From Glycera tridactyla (taxonomy: Eukaryota): a stretch of 64,000 bases of DNA. Positions 10,856 through 23,606 of the stretch are shown here, in pieces. The stretch spans positions 51,584,001-51,648,000 of the forward strand of contig OZ286472.1 in assembly GCA_965644265.1 (NCBI GenBank), in the 5' to 3' direction. The position numbers and the translations under genes are program-made. Each line of letters begins with the position of its first letter. The first letter of the stretch is position 1. Below the pieces are notes generated by a model, which saw only the letters and a program-made list of their open reading frames with translations, was not told the DNA's origin and searched no databases.

Positions 10856-12546
10856 TGGCCAGGTCTCACTGCGAGCGGCGTCGTGCGCTGTCAAAATAAA
10901 TCACGCCAGAACATCGTATCTTTCATGTTGTCCCTGTAAAATTCGGATGGTGACGCGGTGATTCGGCAGATGACAGCGCTTGATGGAAGGTGACAGCGGC
11001 GATTAAGGAGGGTGCGAGAGTGTGCCTAGGAAGTCAAATTTGACTTTTTAGCATTTAAAAAGTCAAATTGAACTCGCTGTCAAATTAGAAATAAATTGAT
11101 AGTCCCTGTCAATTTTCGGCAGAGACGGCGCCAGACAGGGACTGACGGCGTCAATGACGGCGTATGTCCCTGTCAAATTTGCGGCGTCACCTTCTTTTCC
11201 CAAGATGAGAATGAGAACATCATCAGTGTCTAGCGCCGTACTAATCCTTGGCGAATTTGCCATAGCGCTGCCGTGCTGCGTATGTCCAAGCTTCCAGAGA
11301 AAGTGACGGCGCTCCCAGAGAAAGTGGACAGGGACTAGGAGAAAGTTGTGCCGACTTTTGATGATGGTCAGGCAGGCAGGCAGGCAGGCAGTGTAATGGT
11401 GGTGGTGGTGATGATGATGGTGGTGGTGGTGGTGGCACTGGTGATGGTGCTGGTGTTGTAGATCCGCCCAACCAACCACCCAACAAACCAACCACCCAAC
11501 CAACCAAACAACCAACCAACAAACAAACCATCCACCCAATCAACGAACCAACCACCCACCAGACAACCCAAGCAACCAACTACCCATCCACCCAACCAAC
11601 CAACCAAACTCCCAACTAACCAACCAACCAACCAACCAATCACCCAAATAACTAACCAACCAACAAACCATCCATAGTTGAAGAAGATTCCTTTTTGGTT
11701 GGTTGATTAGTCAGGTGGTTGGATGGTTGGTTGGTCGGTTGGTTAGTTTTGTGATTGGTTGGTTGTGTGGCTNNNNNNNNNNNNNNNNNNNNNNNNNNNN
11801 NNNNNNNNNNNNNNNNNNNNNNNNNNNNNNNNNNNNNNNNNNNNNNNNNNNNNNNNNNNNNNNNNNNNNNNNNNNNNNNNNNNNNNNNNNNNNNNNNNNN
11901 NNNNNNNNNNNNNNNNNNNNNNNNCAGCACCACCACCTGCAACAGCACCATCATCACCACCACCATCAGCAGCTTTATCACCACCATCGACACCACCACC
12001 ATCAACACCACCACCATCAGGAGAAAAATTATGAGAAGAAGAAAGAGGAGAGAGAGAAGGAAAAGAAGCAGAACAAGAAGAAAAAGAAGAAGAAGAAACA
12101 AGATGCTATATACAAATGAAACATAATCCTTCGATTGACAGGGTATGAAAGGGCATGACTGGGGAATACAGGGGACGTCCCTGTCAAAATATGTAGTGTC
12201 CCTGCCAAGACAGGGACATATCCATGATAGCTCACAACTAAATCCACGGGGACAGGGTGAAATTCGGAGTCAAACAGAGGTTGACAGGGACCGTCGGGGA
12301 CATGACAGCGCTATTCCCTGTCATTCCCTGTCAATAACACCCCAATTAGAGGGCGTTTGACTGTGACCTGTACCGAATATATCCCTGTCTGTCAGCGCAT
12401 CACGCCGTCATTCTCTGTCAATTCTATCTGAAAGATCGAGACCCTGTAAAAATACCACAGAATACGGACACTGACGGCGAACTTTTTGCCAATTTGCGCG
12501 ATAATTCTTGACTCCGAGTGACGGCGCTCGCAGTGAGACCTTACCA
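10856..12546. mobile_element. PIF/Harbinger-like non-autonomous element with internal compound microsatellites
   Basis: TIRs TGGCCAGGTCTCACTGCGAGCG and CGCTCGCAGTGAGACCTTACCA, with TAA on both flanks (10853-55, 12547-49). Many subterminal TCCCTGTC/GACAGGGA motifs. Interior contains (CAGG)n, (ACCA)n/(TGGT)n, (CAC)n, (AAG)n and a gap at 11773-11923. Confidence 0.7.
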
Positions 12547-13733
12547 TAAGAACGGTGAATGACGACTACCACGGCCAGAACCAGCAACATCATGGCCGCG
12601 GCCACAACAAACATATCCCTCAGCTATAAGATGAAATTGACACAGTCATCATCTAACATTCAATGCGCTCTATTTTAGACACCCCGAGTCTCGGTCCCCG
12701 GGTGCGACGTGTATATTTCTGCGCTGCACGAGTTGACCGCGAAGTGAAGCTATGCTGAGAATAACATGACCTGTTTTCAGCCAGCAGCGGTTTATTTCGT
12801 GGTTATATTGAGACGCCCGCGCAATAGATATCTACAATCCTGTTTCACATTCCTGAAAGAAAGTGAAGTTCGGTTGATGTCAGAGACATCTCGAAGTAAT
12901 TGTACGTGTATGTCCGTGTGTGTGTTCACGTGGGTTTGTGGTGAACACGTGTGATATCTCAGTTGCCCTTGACATGAATATTTATGTCCTTTCAGCCTCA
13001 AAGGACCCAAACAAAAGGTCGATTAGATGACGCGATGGTCGGCTCTTGGGCAGAAATCAAGTCCGCCGATGAAATTGACACACCGGGTTGAAACAGAGAC
13101 TGGACAGACGGACAGTTGGAGTACGCAGACGAAAACAACAGATAACGATTGAGGAATTATCAAAAGTGTGGAATTATTGGCACGTCGGTGCTATATGGAT
13201 TAAGTTGAAATGTATGAAGCTCAATATGCTGCCTTGGATTTCGATACAATGGAGTACGCGCCGTTGTTGATGTAAACAATTTCACCAACGCGTGAAATGA
13301 AACCGGCAACCAAATATGGGGCCTGGCGAATGGAGTTGACAGCGTTTGTGTGACAGTTACAACAACCAATGTGCAGGTGAATACGCCGTAAGTTTGTTTC
13401 TTCTCTCCGGATGTACAAGTTGAATCGGGAAGCGAGTCTCTGAGAAACCGGCCTCTGAGGACAGTCAAACCTTTCGTCATGGGTTTTGAGAACAGTCAAA
13501 CCTTCCGTCATGGGGTTTATCACCCGATGTCGAGTCTAGCATGTCGGGAAGCTGCTGCGTCCGGCCCGCGTCGGCGACCTGCTTCACGTAGTGGGAGATT
13601 CGCGCTATGCGAATCTGCCCTTTGATTTGTCGCTTTGATCACGTGACTATTCGTTTCATGAAGATTTTCAAACTTTGAAGGCTTTCAAATGTCATTTTCT
13701 TTGATTTTTGAAGTTTAATCGGATGATAAATTC

Positions 13734-13882
13734 AGAATGCGTCTTGTGCCTTGTACGTGGAGACCGGACACGCCTCGTAGCTGTCCCCAGGGACGCACTC
13801 GTGGCCTCCGGCCACTCTTGCGTCCCCGGTGACAGCTACTCAGCGTTTACGGTCTTCACGTACACGGCACTCGATGCATTCT
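13734..13882. mobile_element. Fold-back palindromic element, copy 1
   Basis: Arms AGAATGC..GTGCC.TGTACGTG.AGACCG..GTAGCTGTC..GGGACGCA..GTGGCC pair with the mirror half. It is preceded by TCGGATGATAAAT and followed by TTTATAAT. Confidence 0.7.
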
Positions 13883-16079
13883 TTATAATTAGGTTGAGCG
13901 CAGCAGGATTCCAACATTTTCATCCCTCGCCGAAAGGGATATAATGGTGGCAGTCCGTCAGTTCGTCATTCCGTCACACTTTCTTGGCTGCGCAACTTCT
14001 CATTCATTTCACATGCGGTTATCACCAAACTTTCACAGAGTGGTCATCATCACATTCTGCAGTGCATATTGTCAGGGTTTGGTGATCGAATCATAAATGG
14101 CGCCCATGGAAAACAATAGATTTTTGTGCGTTGAAACTACGTTATTCGATGTGCTTTACAGGTCCTCCACACAGTAAGCTCATTTATCATGAATATTTCT
14201 TGCTTTCAATCACTCTCTCTACTTTGAAATTGACAACACATCGAAAGTTGAATTGGCAATGTATCTAACATGCTCAGAAAGCAAATTTTGTCTGTGGACA
14301 AATTTGACCACAGGAGAATAACTTCTTGCATCAGCGCCTGGATTTCCACTCATAAATATGTGTGCGATGATTCCGGGCCGGGTTGACTTAACTGCTTTCT
14401 GCCGGATTGTTATCCAATTCGATGTGCTACAAAACAAACACACTGAAATAGATCACCAATATTTTTCTTCGCCTCCCTCGGCAGCAGGCTCCCTAATCAT
14501 GTCAATTTCTTCACGGTAAACATCCAAGCAGGAGGGGTAAGTCGGGTAGATCATAACAAGAAGCCATGGCAGGGGAAGATCGGCGTTTTTCCCAACGAGG
14601 TGCGTACTGACATGGCTTCTTGTTTTTATCCCATGACTCACTTCTGTATTGAGATTGATTTCGGGTCATTTGTGTGTACTTTCATTGAAGAAATTCATCG
14701 TCAACGGCACCCGGATCATGGGGTAATATTCACATAATAATAAAACCAGCATTTCACTGATTCTTCAATATGCTTATGATAAATACTCTTGTAGAACGGG
14801 AAAGATAGTGCGAATTTCATCAATGTATTTTTGTGTGTGTGTAGAACCTGAATTTGTGCACTGCAATGAAAAATTGAATGTGGCAAGAATCAGTTTACAG
14901 GATTTATCTGCTAGTTTAGCTGCCTGCAGATCCGTGTCAGTTTCAAAGCTGGGCGGCGAGAGATCAGAGAAAGCCGCGAGAGCGGGAGATCCGCGCTATT
15001 CCGAATAGCGTATCTTCCACTCATTTTGGCGGTTGTCATGGGATAATAATGCTGCGTATGCTGTTTGAATTTACAAACCATGCCATACAGCGACATCGGG
15101 ATCGGCGAATATGTCGGTTTCTGGACCTACCTTGTTCACATTTTGAATACTCCTTTTCCATGCTTATTCTACACCTTGCCCACGTGGATTCGCCAAAAAA
15201 AAACAATGAAATGGTGGCGTAATCGTCTTCAAAAGCTTGCAGACTACCTGAACCTAGGCTCAAAATCGTGACACCCATGCAATGGGCATTACTGTGGCCA
15301 TTCAAGTCTCTACCTTGCGGGTTCTCAGTGGAAGGCAAAACTGTATGAAATGCTCAGACACTCAGTGTCAATCCTGTTATTGAGAATGTTGACCACAGTG
15401 TTACCCTGTGAACATGGGATTGATCCACATGGTGTAATTTCTATATGTCACTTACTTTTGGTCACTGTGTTCCGCAATGTGCAAAGGATCAGCTCACTCG
15501 GCCGAATGAGTAAGATTGCTGTGACGAAATGATTGTCGACATGTATTTATGTTATATTATTGGTAATCCATGCACCCCAAGGTCAGTCAGGGTGTGCCAT
15601 AACAAGTGTCAGGAGCCATGACTATAATGAAATAAATGCTGGGAATCTGTAAATATTTGAAAGGATGTGAACGTTTCCAAGCCGAGTGTTCGCAGGGGCG
15701 ACAATGTTGGTTACCAAATCACCAGTCACTTTAAATGATTTTGGCTAGATCCAAGGCTTATCAACAGTGCATATGTCTGGAGGAAGAATAGTGTACAACT
15801 CTTCCATTCATTCATATACTTTGACAGCCTCTCCCCACCATTTTATATCCAGTGGCAAGTAAACACTATAATACCGCCTATCCTAGAGGGATACACATAT
15901 TTGGAAAGAGGCATCATGCGCCTATCTGACCTTCAATTATGATGACAAAAAGTGAAGCACTATAATGTGTCTACAAGAGAATGGCTGATCTTTGCAAAAT
16001 TGTCTTGGAGTCTAAAGATGATGGCCCTAATCAATTATTTCGTGCATTGAATGGACAAATGGACGGATGAATGGATATG

Positions 16080-16420
16080 CCCAGGCAGGTAGCAGGTACA
16101 CAGGTTATGAGTTACTAAGGCTACGACTGGGTTCACTGGAAATTGTGATAGAACTGTACTTCAGGCATAGGACACCCATCGCTGCAAAGCTGGTTGCAAG
16201 TTGACAGGTCATGATGAAGGCATCGTTCAACTATTCTCCGAAGTCCTGGACTATCAGGTACTTCATCCCGACAGTATTTTCGGTTCCCCACACCTCATAA
16301 TCAGGGTTTGTGAGAGTGGTGGTTGTAGGGGACAGAATAATATGCGTTCATAGAGAAGAAGCATTTGGCATTCATGATTTGTTGGGTTGATACATGTAGT
16401 TGAACTTCAATGAATCAATC
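16080..16420 (+). repeat. Old interspersed retroposon-like repeat, family C, opposite orientation to 20021-20595
   Basis: Aligns with the reverse complement of 20021-20595 (GGTTGATAC.TG..GTT.AAC, CAGGGTTTGTGAGAGTG, GC(T)(A/G)CGACT.GGTT.ACT). Confidence 0.6.
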
Positions 16421-18861
16421 AGAAAAGAACACTTCATGCTGAATATTTTGGATTTTAGATCATGAAAATCGGACCAAAATTAGCGGAGATAGAGCACACA
16501 ATTCCTGTGCACTTTGAGTAGCTACAGGTAGCAGTTGTTTGAGTGTCCTGGCTCACAAAATCTTGCTTTCAGAGTTTTTGGTGGTAGGGCCGCCACATCA
16601 TCCCTGCATTCCCCATCCATCCATCCATCGACGTTTTGGTTCGCTTAGGATGAGGTTCACGGGCATGTTCACGGGCACGTGCGCGGGCATGTGTCTCTTA
16701 CTCGTGTCTTGACATAAACAGCAACTGTCAGACAATGGTCAAGTTAGTTCATGTCTGACACATTGTCCGTCAAGTTAGGGATCTTTGCAAATGATGCAAT
16801 AATTGCCTCCACACCCTATACACTCGATTGAGTGGTGTTGATCATCAGACTCCATCTCCTCAACATAGTCATCACCCCTATGTAATGTTAGGGTATTGTT
16901 TGTAAGTACAGTGTTGTCTTCTCCGATCAGGTCAATTTTGGTCTAAATAATCTTTCATCAATATTCAGATGCATTCAATATCCATATTCAGTGTAAAACC
17001 AGACCCCCATTCTACCGAACCACATTGCATGTTCCCTGTAGCACAGAAAGGTGGAGATGGATGATTATGATGCAAAATGAGGGGAATAGAGGACAAAAGA
17101 ATCACGGGACTCACAATGTGTGCCATTTTCATTCTGACCTATGAATCAAAGCACTGCTGCGTTTCCACGGAGACGGCTTCATGTCAACCACTCCGTAATA
17201 CAATACTGGTGAATGATATGTCTTGTCCGGCAACTAGGACAAATCGGGTGAAAACGCAGAACTGCATATTTCGCAGTTAACTCATATCTGACCTTCAATT
17301 GTGATGACAAAATTGGAGAGCGATCATGATTCTTGACAAGAGAATGACTGATTTTTGCAGGATCGTCAGCATATTTGACTTACTCAGCATGAAAATGGCT
17401 GAATTTGCGGTCAGATTGAAAATAATTACCGACTGACCATCCACAAAAGTACACACCTCAGCAGAATCATACGCACATTATCCACGTACAGAGGTGAAGG
17501 TTTCAAAATCCATAAGAGCGAGNNNNNNNNNNNNNNNNNNNNNNNNNNNNNNNNNNNNNNNNNNNNNNNNNNNNNNNNNNNNNNNNNNNNNNNNNNNNNN
17601 NNNNNNNNNNNNNNNNNNNNNNNNNNNNNNNNNNNNNNNNNNNNNNNNNNNNNNNNNNNNNNNNNNNNNNNNNNNNNNNNNNNNNNNNGTGTNNNNNNNN
17701 NNNNNNNNNNNNNNNNNNNNNNNNNNNNNNNNNNNNNNNNNNNNNNNNNNNNNNNNNNNNNNNNNNNNNNNNNNNNNNNNNNNNNNNNNNNNNNNNNNNN
17801 NNNNNNNNNNNNNNNNNNNNNNNNNNNNNNNNNNNNNNNNNNNNNNNNNNNNNNNNNNNNNNNNNNNNNNNNNNNNNNNNNNNNNNNNNNNNNNNNNNNN
17901 NNNNNNNNNNNNNNNNNNNNNNNNNNNNNNNNNNNNNNNNNNNNNCCGAAGTTCAGACAGCGTACAGCAGAATCGCTACGACAGCAGTAATATGAGACCA
18001 GCTATTGTGACGGACACTGGTAGTATTATACTAATAGTGTATTCAAGATGTGCCTTCAAGACAACAGGCGGTCAACTTCTTCATTCTATAACAATATAGA
18101 GACATGATATATGTATCATCGACTCAAGTCATGTGTTTCCTAGTTGGTGTTCGGTGATTATAGTACCTTCCACCCCAATCCTCCACCTTGGACCTTGCTA
18201 TCAGTTCCAAAACGCATCGTGGCTATTGAAGGCTTCTATGGCTTATTGGAGTGGATTTCAGTCAATTTGTTGATATCATCTATCCCATAATGAACCCCTT
18301 GTATGAAACAAATGGGAGTTACAATGGATAACAAACATGAACGAATGAGCAGAATTTCACTCAAAAAAAACTAAGGATCTGAAAGTAGTCTTTTCAAACA
18401 GGGCAGATCACGGAAAATCCATCAATGTATTATTTGTGTCTGTAGAACCTAAATCCATGACATACAATCAAGAATTGAATGGATCAGGAATCATTGCACA
18501 GACAATAACTTTGCTTGACGAGCCGTCTGCACAGCCATGTCTATTTCAAAAGTGATACATTTCAGTGGTCCCGACGTGTCATCATCCGATCGAGGCTCCA
18601 TCGTGCCGGTAATCGTCGTTCACCGTGGTGGTTCACAACTGGGTGGTAATCTAAAATCGAACCACACGCTTGCAGCGATCTCAGAACGAGTCATGTGACC
18701 TGTTCTCCCAGCGCTGATTGGTCATAGAACAATCAAGGTCAAAGGTCAACTCGAATGCTGTGGCCCGGTGTTCAAAGAGAAGCGCCGACGATAGAACAGT
18801 TCTCGGCGAGATTTTCAAACCTCTCCAAATGTTGAATTTAACTTGGATCGGATGATAAATC

Positions 18862-19014
18862 AAGAATGTTCCCTCGTGCTGGGCGTGGGCAGGAATTACC
18901 GGCCTCGTAGCCTGCCCCGGGAAGGTACTCGCGGCTTACGGCAACTCGTGCCTACCCTGGGACACGCTACTCGGCCGGTAATTCCTGCCCGCACCCGGCA
19001 CTCGGGGCATTCTT
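18862..19014. mobile_element. Fold-back palindromic element, copy 2
   Basis: Arm GTGC.GGG.GTGGGCAGGAATTACCGGCC pairs with GGCCGGTAATTCCTGCCCGCACCCGGCAC. It has the same flanking TCGGATGATAAAT...CATTCTTTATAAT as copy 1. Confidence 0.7.
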
Positions 19015-20020
19015 TATAATCATATACCATACCCTTATATTCAAGGCCGACTCGCACTGATCGTGTTATATAACGTGAGTAATGTGATTCGTGAACTTCG
19101 CACTATGTATTCCAATTGTGTAGATGATATAGAATGGGAATGAGATGCAACGTCTCATATATTTTAATAAATATTTAATTATGAAGCCTTCATGAGCACC
19201 AGCAACATTAGAACCTCTCATGATTTGATATGTTACCGGGCTGAAATTGACAAACAGTCGGACAGACAAACAAATACATGTATACGACTAGAAGAACAAA
19301 CCCGCCATTCAGCAAGCAGATCTGGTTTCGGTATGAACAATTTTTTCAACCTCCTAAATCATTGTCGACTCGGCTATAAACACTAGCTCTCTACAGAAAC
19401 CACCTCTCACAACGACCGAACATAGGAAATTGCTACAAACTCTCTTTTGAAATAGAACATCTCACCTCGGAGGTCAATATTGCAACATTCCACGATGGCC
19501 ACTTTTTACCTGACTAGGAAGGGTTCTCTGTAGACAGTGGTCCTACATATTACACAGCACACATCCTGCCATCTCGATAAATGTCAGACATATCTAATCA
19601 TCCATTTGTTCCGGGCTACCTGTAATAGGCATGCAATGTCCAGGGATATGAACTTAGTGTACTAGGCTTCACGCGAGAGTTTCTCTAAATGGCCGTCTCA
19701 CAGAAATTGACTTCAGATAATCAAAAGAGCAACCACCCGAACTAACTTATTCATAATTTCAACCACATGCACGCTGGCACGATATTATTATCGAACATTT
19801 TCGACATTTCTTGATTTTGCTCGCTACTGACAACACTAGAGCCTTTGAAAACTACGTCGTAATTGTCTTACCATGATTCCTCATGATATACATTGTTACA
19901 GCATGGCAAGCTTGCAGGGTATGTAGTTCTCAAAAGTGTTCAAAAAGTGAAACTTAGTGAGTCCTCATTGCTGTGGCAATGAATCTTACCCTTGATTGGT
20001 ATGAGCAACCATGTGATTTT

Positions 20021-20595
20021 GTTTGTTTGTTTGGTGTTTAACAGCAAGTATCAACCCACCTGATTATGTATGCCATTTTTCCTGGTTGACGAAAACTAGA
20101 TGTTCTGTCCCACATCACTCTCCCAAATCCTGAACACAACATGATGGGGAACCTGAAAGGACATCAAGTGTGAGTAGCTGACAATTCAGACACACCGTTA
20201 AGTCCTCAATATGAAGATACTGAACCTGAAGATGGCATATTTAACTATGTGACTTGCTGGAAGCTGACACTGAAGCCTGATAGCAATGCTCTATTTTCTG
20301 CAAAGCGCAGTGCTTGAAACAAGGAAAAGTATTATGTTCAGAAAATACTCAGCAGATGTGTTCATTCAAAAACTGTCAATTTCAGACCCGCTTTTACAAT
20401 TTTGGTTGGCCTATAGACGCAGTACATTGCCATCACACAACCTAGTAAACCTAGTCGCAGCCATGTTAACCCAGAACCTGGTATCCCCTTCTTGCATAGT
20501 GGCAATATCTGCAACCATGGGATAGTTCTGCTCCTCTTCTCATGTAGGTGAGGTAGGTCAGAATTGCTAAAACCAGTTAATATATTGACCGAACC
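20021..20595 (-). repeat. Interspersed retroposon-like repeat family C with (AAAC)n tail; further copies at 62064-62330 and 62890-63290
   Basis: Shared TTTGTTTG..GTTTAAC.GCA.GTATCAACCCAC, CATCACTCTC.CAAA.CCTGAACA.AA, GATGGCATAT.TAACTAT, CAAAGCGCAG. Confidence 0.7.
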
Positions 20596-20598
20596 TAA

Positions 20599-21148
20599 AG
20601 CTGGATTCACACTGTCATGGTCGCAGCGACGGATTGCGGCGGTCGAGGCCTCCGTCGTACGAACGCTGCTTCAACGTGACTATCCGTCGTAGTCTGCTAC
20701 ATTCCGCTGACATCCGTTCATCACCGCCGGTCTCTGTCTAGGTACGGCGGTAATTTTGAACATGTTCAAAACTTCAGTCGCTGGAATAAATTCCGCCGTG
20801 TAACCGTCGCATCCATAGCGACGGTCACACGGCGGACAGAGACGTTCATGGGAAGGATGGCAGCGTTCTGGGGTGGATCTCAGCATTGTTCAGCGGATGC
20901 AGACGTTTCCACGGCGTTCTCGCAATGTTTAATGAAGGAGCAGGGCTTTTGATGACGTTTTCACTACGTTTTAGAACGTTTTAGGACGTTTTAGGATGTT
21001 TTAGTACTTTCTCATGGCGTTGTTATGTGGAAACGTCCCCGAAAGCAGCGACACCAATGTGCCACTGCCGACCTCCCTTCCGTTGAGAAACGCCGTACCT
21101 TCCACCGTCGCAATACGTTGCTACGACCGTGACAGTGTGAATCCAGCT
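20599..21148. mobile_element. PIF/Harbinger-type MITE (550 bp)
   Basis: Perfect TIRs AGCTGGATTCACACTGTCA / TGACAGTGTGAATCCAGCT and a TAA target duplication (20596-98, 21149-51). CpG-rich, no ORF. Confidence 0.88.
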
Positions 21149-22104
21149 TAACACGGCAAACAGCGATTTTAGGAGTTACAGATTTGATCCCGAAACAATT
21201 TCTTGAACTCAACTCGCCAGTTTACTGACGGGATCCTTGCGGGAAAGCTCAAATACTTTTGACGATTAATACTTGGATTCGATCCAATTGATAGCACGAA
21301 GAAGTACATATGGCAGGCCAAAACAGTATGAAGATTGGTACGAGGGAAATGCCTGAATTTGCTCTGTCATCAGGTTTGATATAACAAGTTGTAGATTACC
21401 CGATGTTGACTCTGAGAAAAGTGATATCATTTTCAGAACACTCACCTGATTACCTTTAAGACAGAGTCATATCTTTAGAGTGATTATTCCCATCCCCGAT
21501 TAGGGACATTCTACAAGCTTACATTGGAAACGCCTTCAGCAGAAACAATTCCAAGCATAACGTCCAAAACCGTGAAGCCATAGTGAAGGAAGAATATCAG
21601 GAGATAATTATATTAAAACCGAGTATGTAGTTACTGGATAAGAGCCTGTTTCGATATATGCGAATGGCATCAGTTTTAAATCAGAATTATACTCAGATTC
21701 ATGCTATCGTGTGGAATTGGATGGCTATACGAGAGCAGCCTGTGGGCAAGACGCAGTGTAATATCCAAAGCTATTTGGTAGTATATCTCTGGTAGACGCA
21801 GAGGCAGAACAAAATTGAAACTATTATTGTACGGGTAATTAAGTCTTAGAGAACCCAATTTTGAGCTCAACTAATATGAGGTGGCCATTTCTCTCTGGTT
21901 TCAAAATGTCCATATATTTGCTATGCTACAAAAGGATAGGTCATGACTTTCTTGGATATTGATGGTGGATTAAACATACCAACGATGGTCTGTACTTTCG
22001 TCATTCAACTTTAGCGGCTTCAAAAATGGCAGTGCTAACAAACATACGAACATAATTACGGGTACCTCATGGCGAATCATCTCTTTCCCTCTCACTCGAT
22101 TCCA

Positions 22105-22112
22105 GTCCTTCT

Positions 22113-22175
<63 letters not shown>

Positions 22176-22205
22176 CTCCCTTTCTCTCTCTCCATTTTCC
22201 CTCTT
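22105..22205. repeat. (CT)n microsatellite
   Basis: Direct reading. Confidence 0.95.
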
Positions 22206-22724
22206 CAAGCCCCATGAGAAAAAGGCAAATTAAAAATGCACATTATTATTAGATTATCATTATCATTTTCCCCCTTGCCCTCTCCCCCCTCTCTCCTTAG
22301 GGTTGATACATGCCGCTGAACTTCAAACAAACAAAAACGACCACCACCCCCTCTCTCTCTCTCCCTCTCTCTCTATATTTCTCCCTCTCTCTATCCCTCT
22401 CTCTCAATGTCTCTCGCGCCCATGTCTCTCTTTCGCACACATTCACATATGAACAGCTCCACCAGTTGCCGCTAAGATATGACTTTCTGTTAGACACGGG
22501 GCCCTACAATAGAGTATGGGACGACTTGTAAGATGATGAATGACGTGTGATATATCATGTAATGTGACATGTGCTGACATCACATGACATAGACCGTTAT
22601 AACGGCATACACAATGATGAATTATTACTAGGCTACCACTGCTGCCCCATCCCTATATGACACACACAAGATGCTACTCCTCACTGGTATAGTCATCAAT
22701 CTATCTGTGGTTCCAAATATTGTT

Positions 22725-23606
22725 ATACCCCCGCCCAAACGAAGTTTGGAAGGGGGTATACTGGAGTCACTCTGTTGGTCGGTTGGTCGGTTGGTCGGTT
22801 GGTCGGTTGGTTGGTCGGTCGGTCGGTTGGTCTGTCCGCAAAAGTTTGTCCCGTGAACTACTCCCACATTTCTCAAGCTATTGGATTGATACTTGGCATA
22901 TGTCATCACCATGAAATGTAGATGTGCAAGACACAATTTTCGTGCAAATTGTTCCAGTCATTCCAGACTTATTTGAGAAAAAAGAAGATTTTTTGTATTT
23001 GTGTGTTCAGTTGTATCTGTAAGTTTGGAATTTGAGGCAGCCGGAAATCAGCGAGGCTCATTAAGGCCTCTCACACTGCCCTTGGCTTTCCTTTCATGAT
23101 TATGTAACATTCTCCGTAATAGACATGGTTTTGCTGCTCTTCTATATATGACCCCATTTAATCCTTTGCTCCCTCAACCCCCCCCCCCACACACATACAC
23201 AGTCAAACCTACTCAAGAGGCCACCTCTCTATAAGACCACCAGACTATAAAGGCCACCTGAGCTACCACAGCTGCGACTGTAATAATAATCTCAACAGTA
23301 AATGACCTCTATGAAATCCACCTGTCTGAAAAGGCCACTTCCCCCCCCCCCCACACACACACAGTCAAACCTGCACAAGAGGCCACCTCTCTATAAAGAC
23401 CACCAGACTATAAAGGCCACCTGAGCTACCACAGCTGCGACTGTAATAATAATCTCAACAGTAAATGACCTCTGTGAAATCCACTTGTCTGAAAAGGCCA
23501 CTTTTTGGTTTGACAGGTTTGCTGTCCCTTGGCCATATTGCGTACAGTCTGTGTCAAAGTGGCGGCGGGGGTATTTTTAGTCACCACTGTGACAAAACTC
23601 TAGTTT
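22725..23606 (+). mobile_element. Helentron-type non-autonomous element (HINE/DINE-1-like), family H1, carrying an internal MITE
   Basis: T-flanked 5' subTIR ATACCCCCGCC with a short IR, then (GGTC/GGTT)n, a conserved core, 3' subTIR GGCGGGGGTAT and a GTCAC-GTGAC stem-loop. It has an internal ~160-bp tandem duplication (23178-23500). Confidence 0.75.

Noticed and set aside
9510-12126. Long His/Thr/Pro/Val-rich ORFs and mucin-like frames
   Set aside because: These are translations of trinucleotide and tetranucleotide microsatellites and N-gaps, open in several frames on both strands. The same applies to 24127-24617, 39510-40045, 54103-54940, 57399-57908 and 59616-60196.
14219-14720. Near-continuous minus-strand reading frame
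   Set aside because: One internal stop, no recognisable motif or splice frame. It could be decayed TE coding sequence but is unsupported.
17689-17692. GTGT island between two N-runs
   Set aside because: Assembly remnant of a collapsed dinucleotide repeat, not a biological feature.
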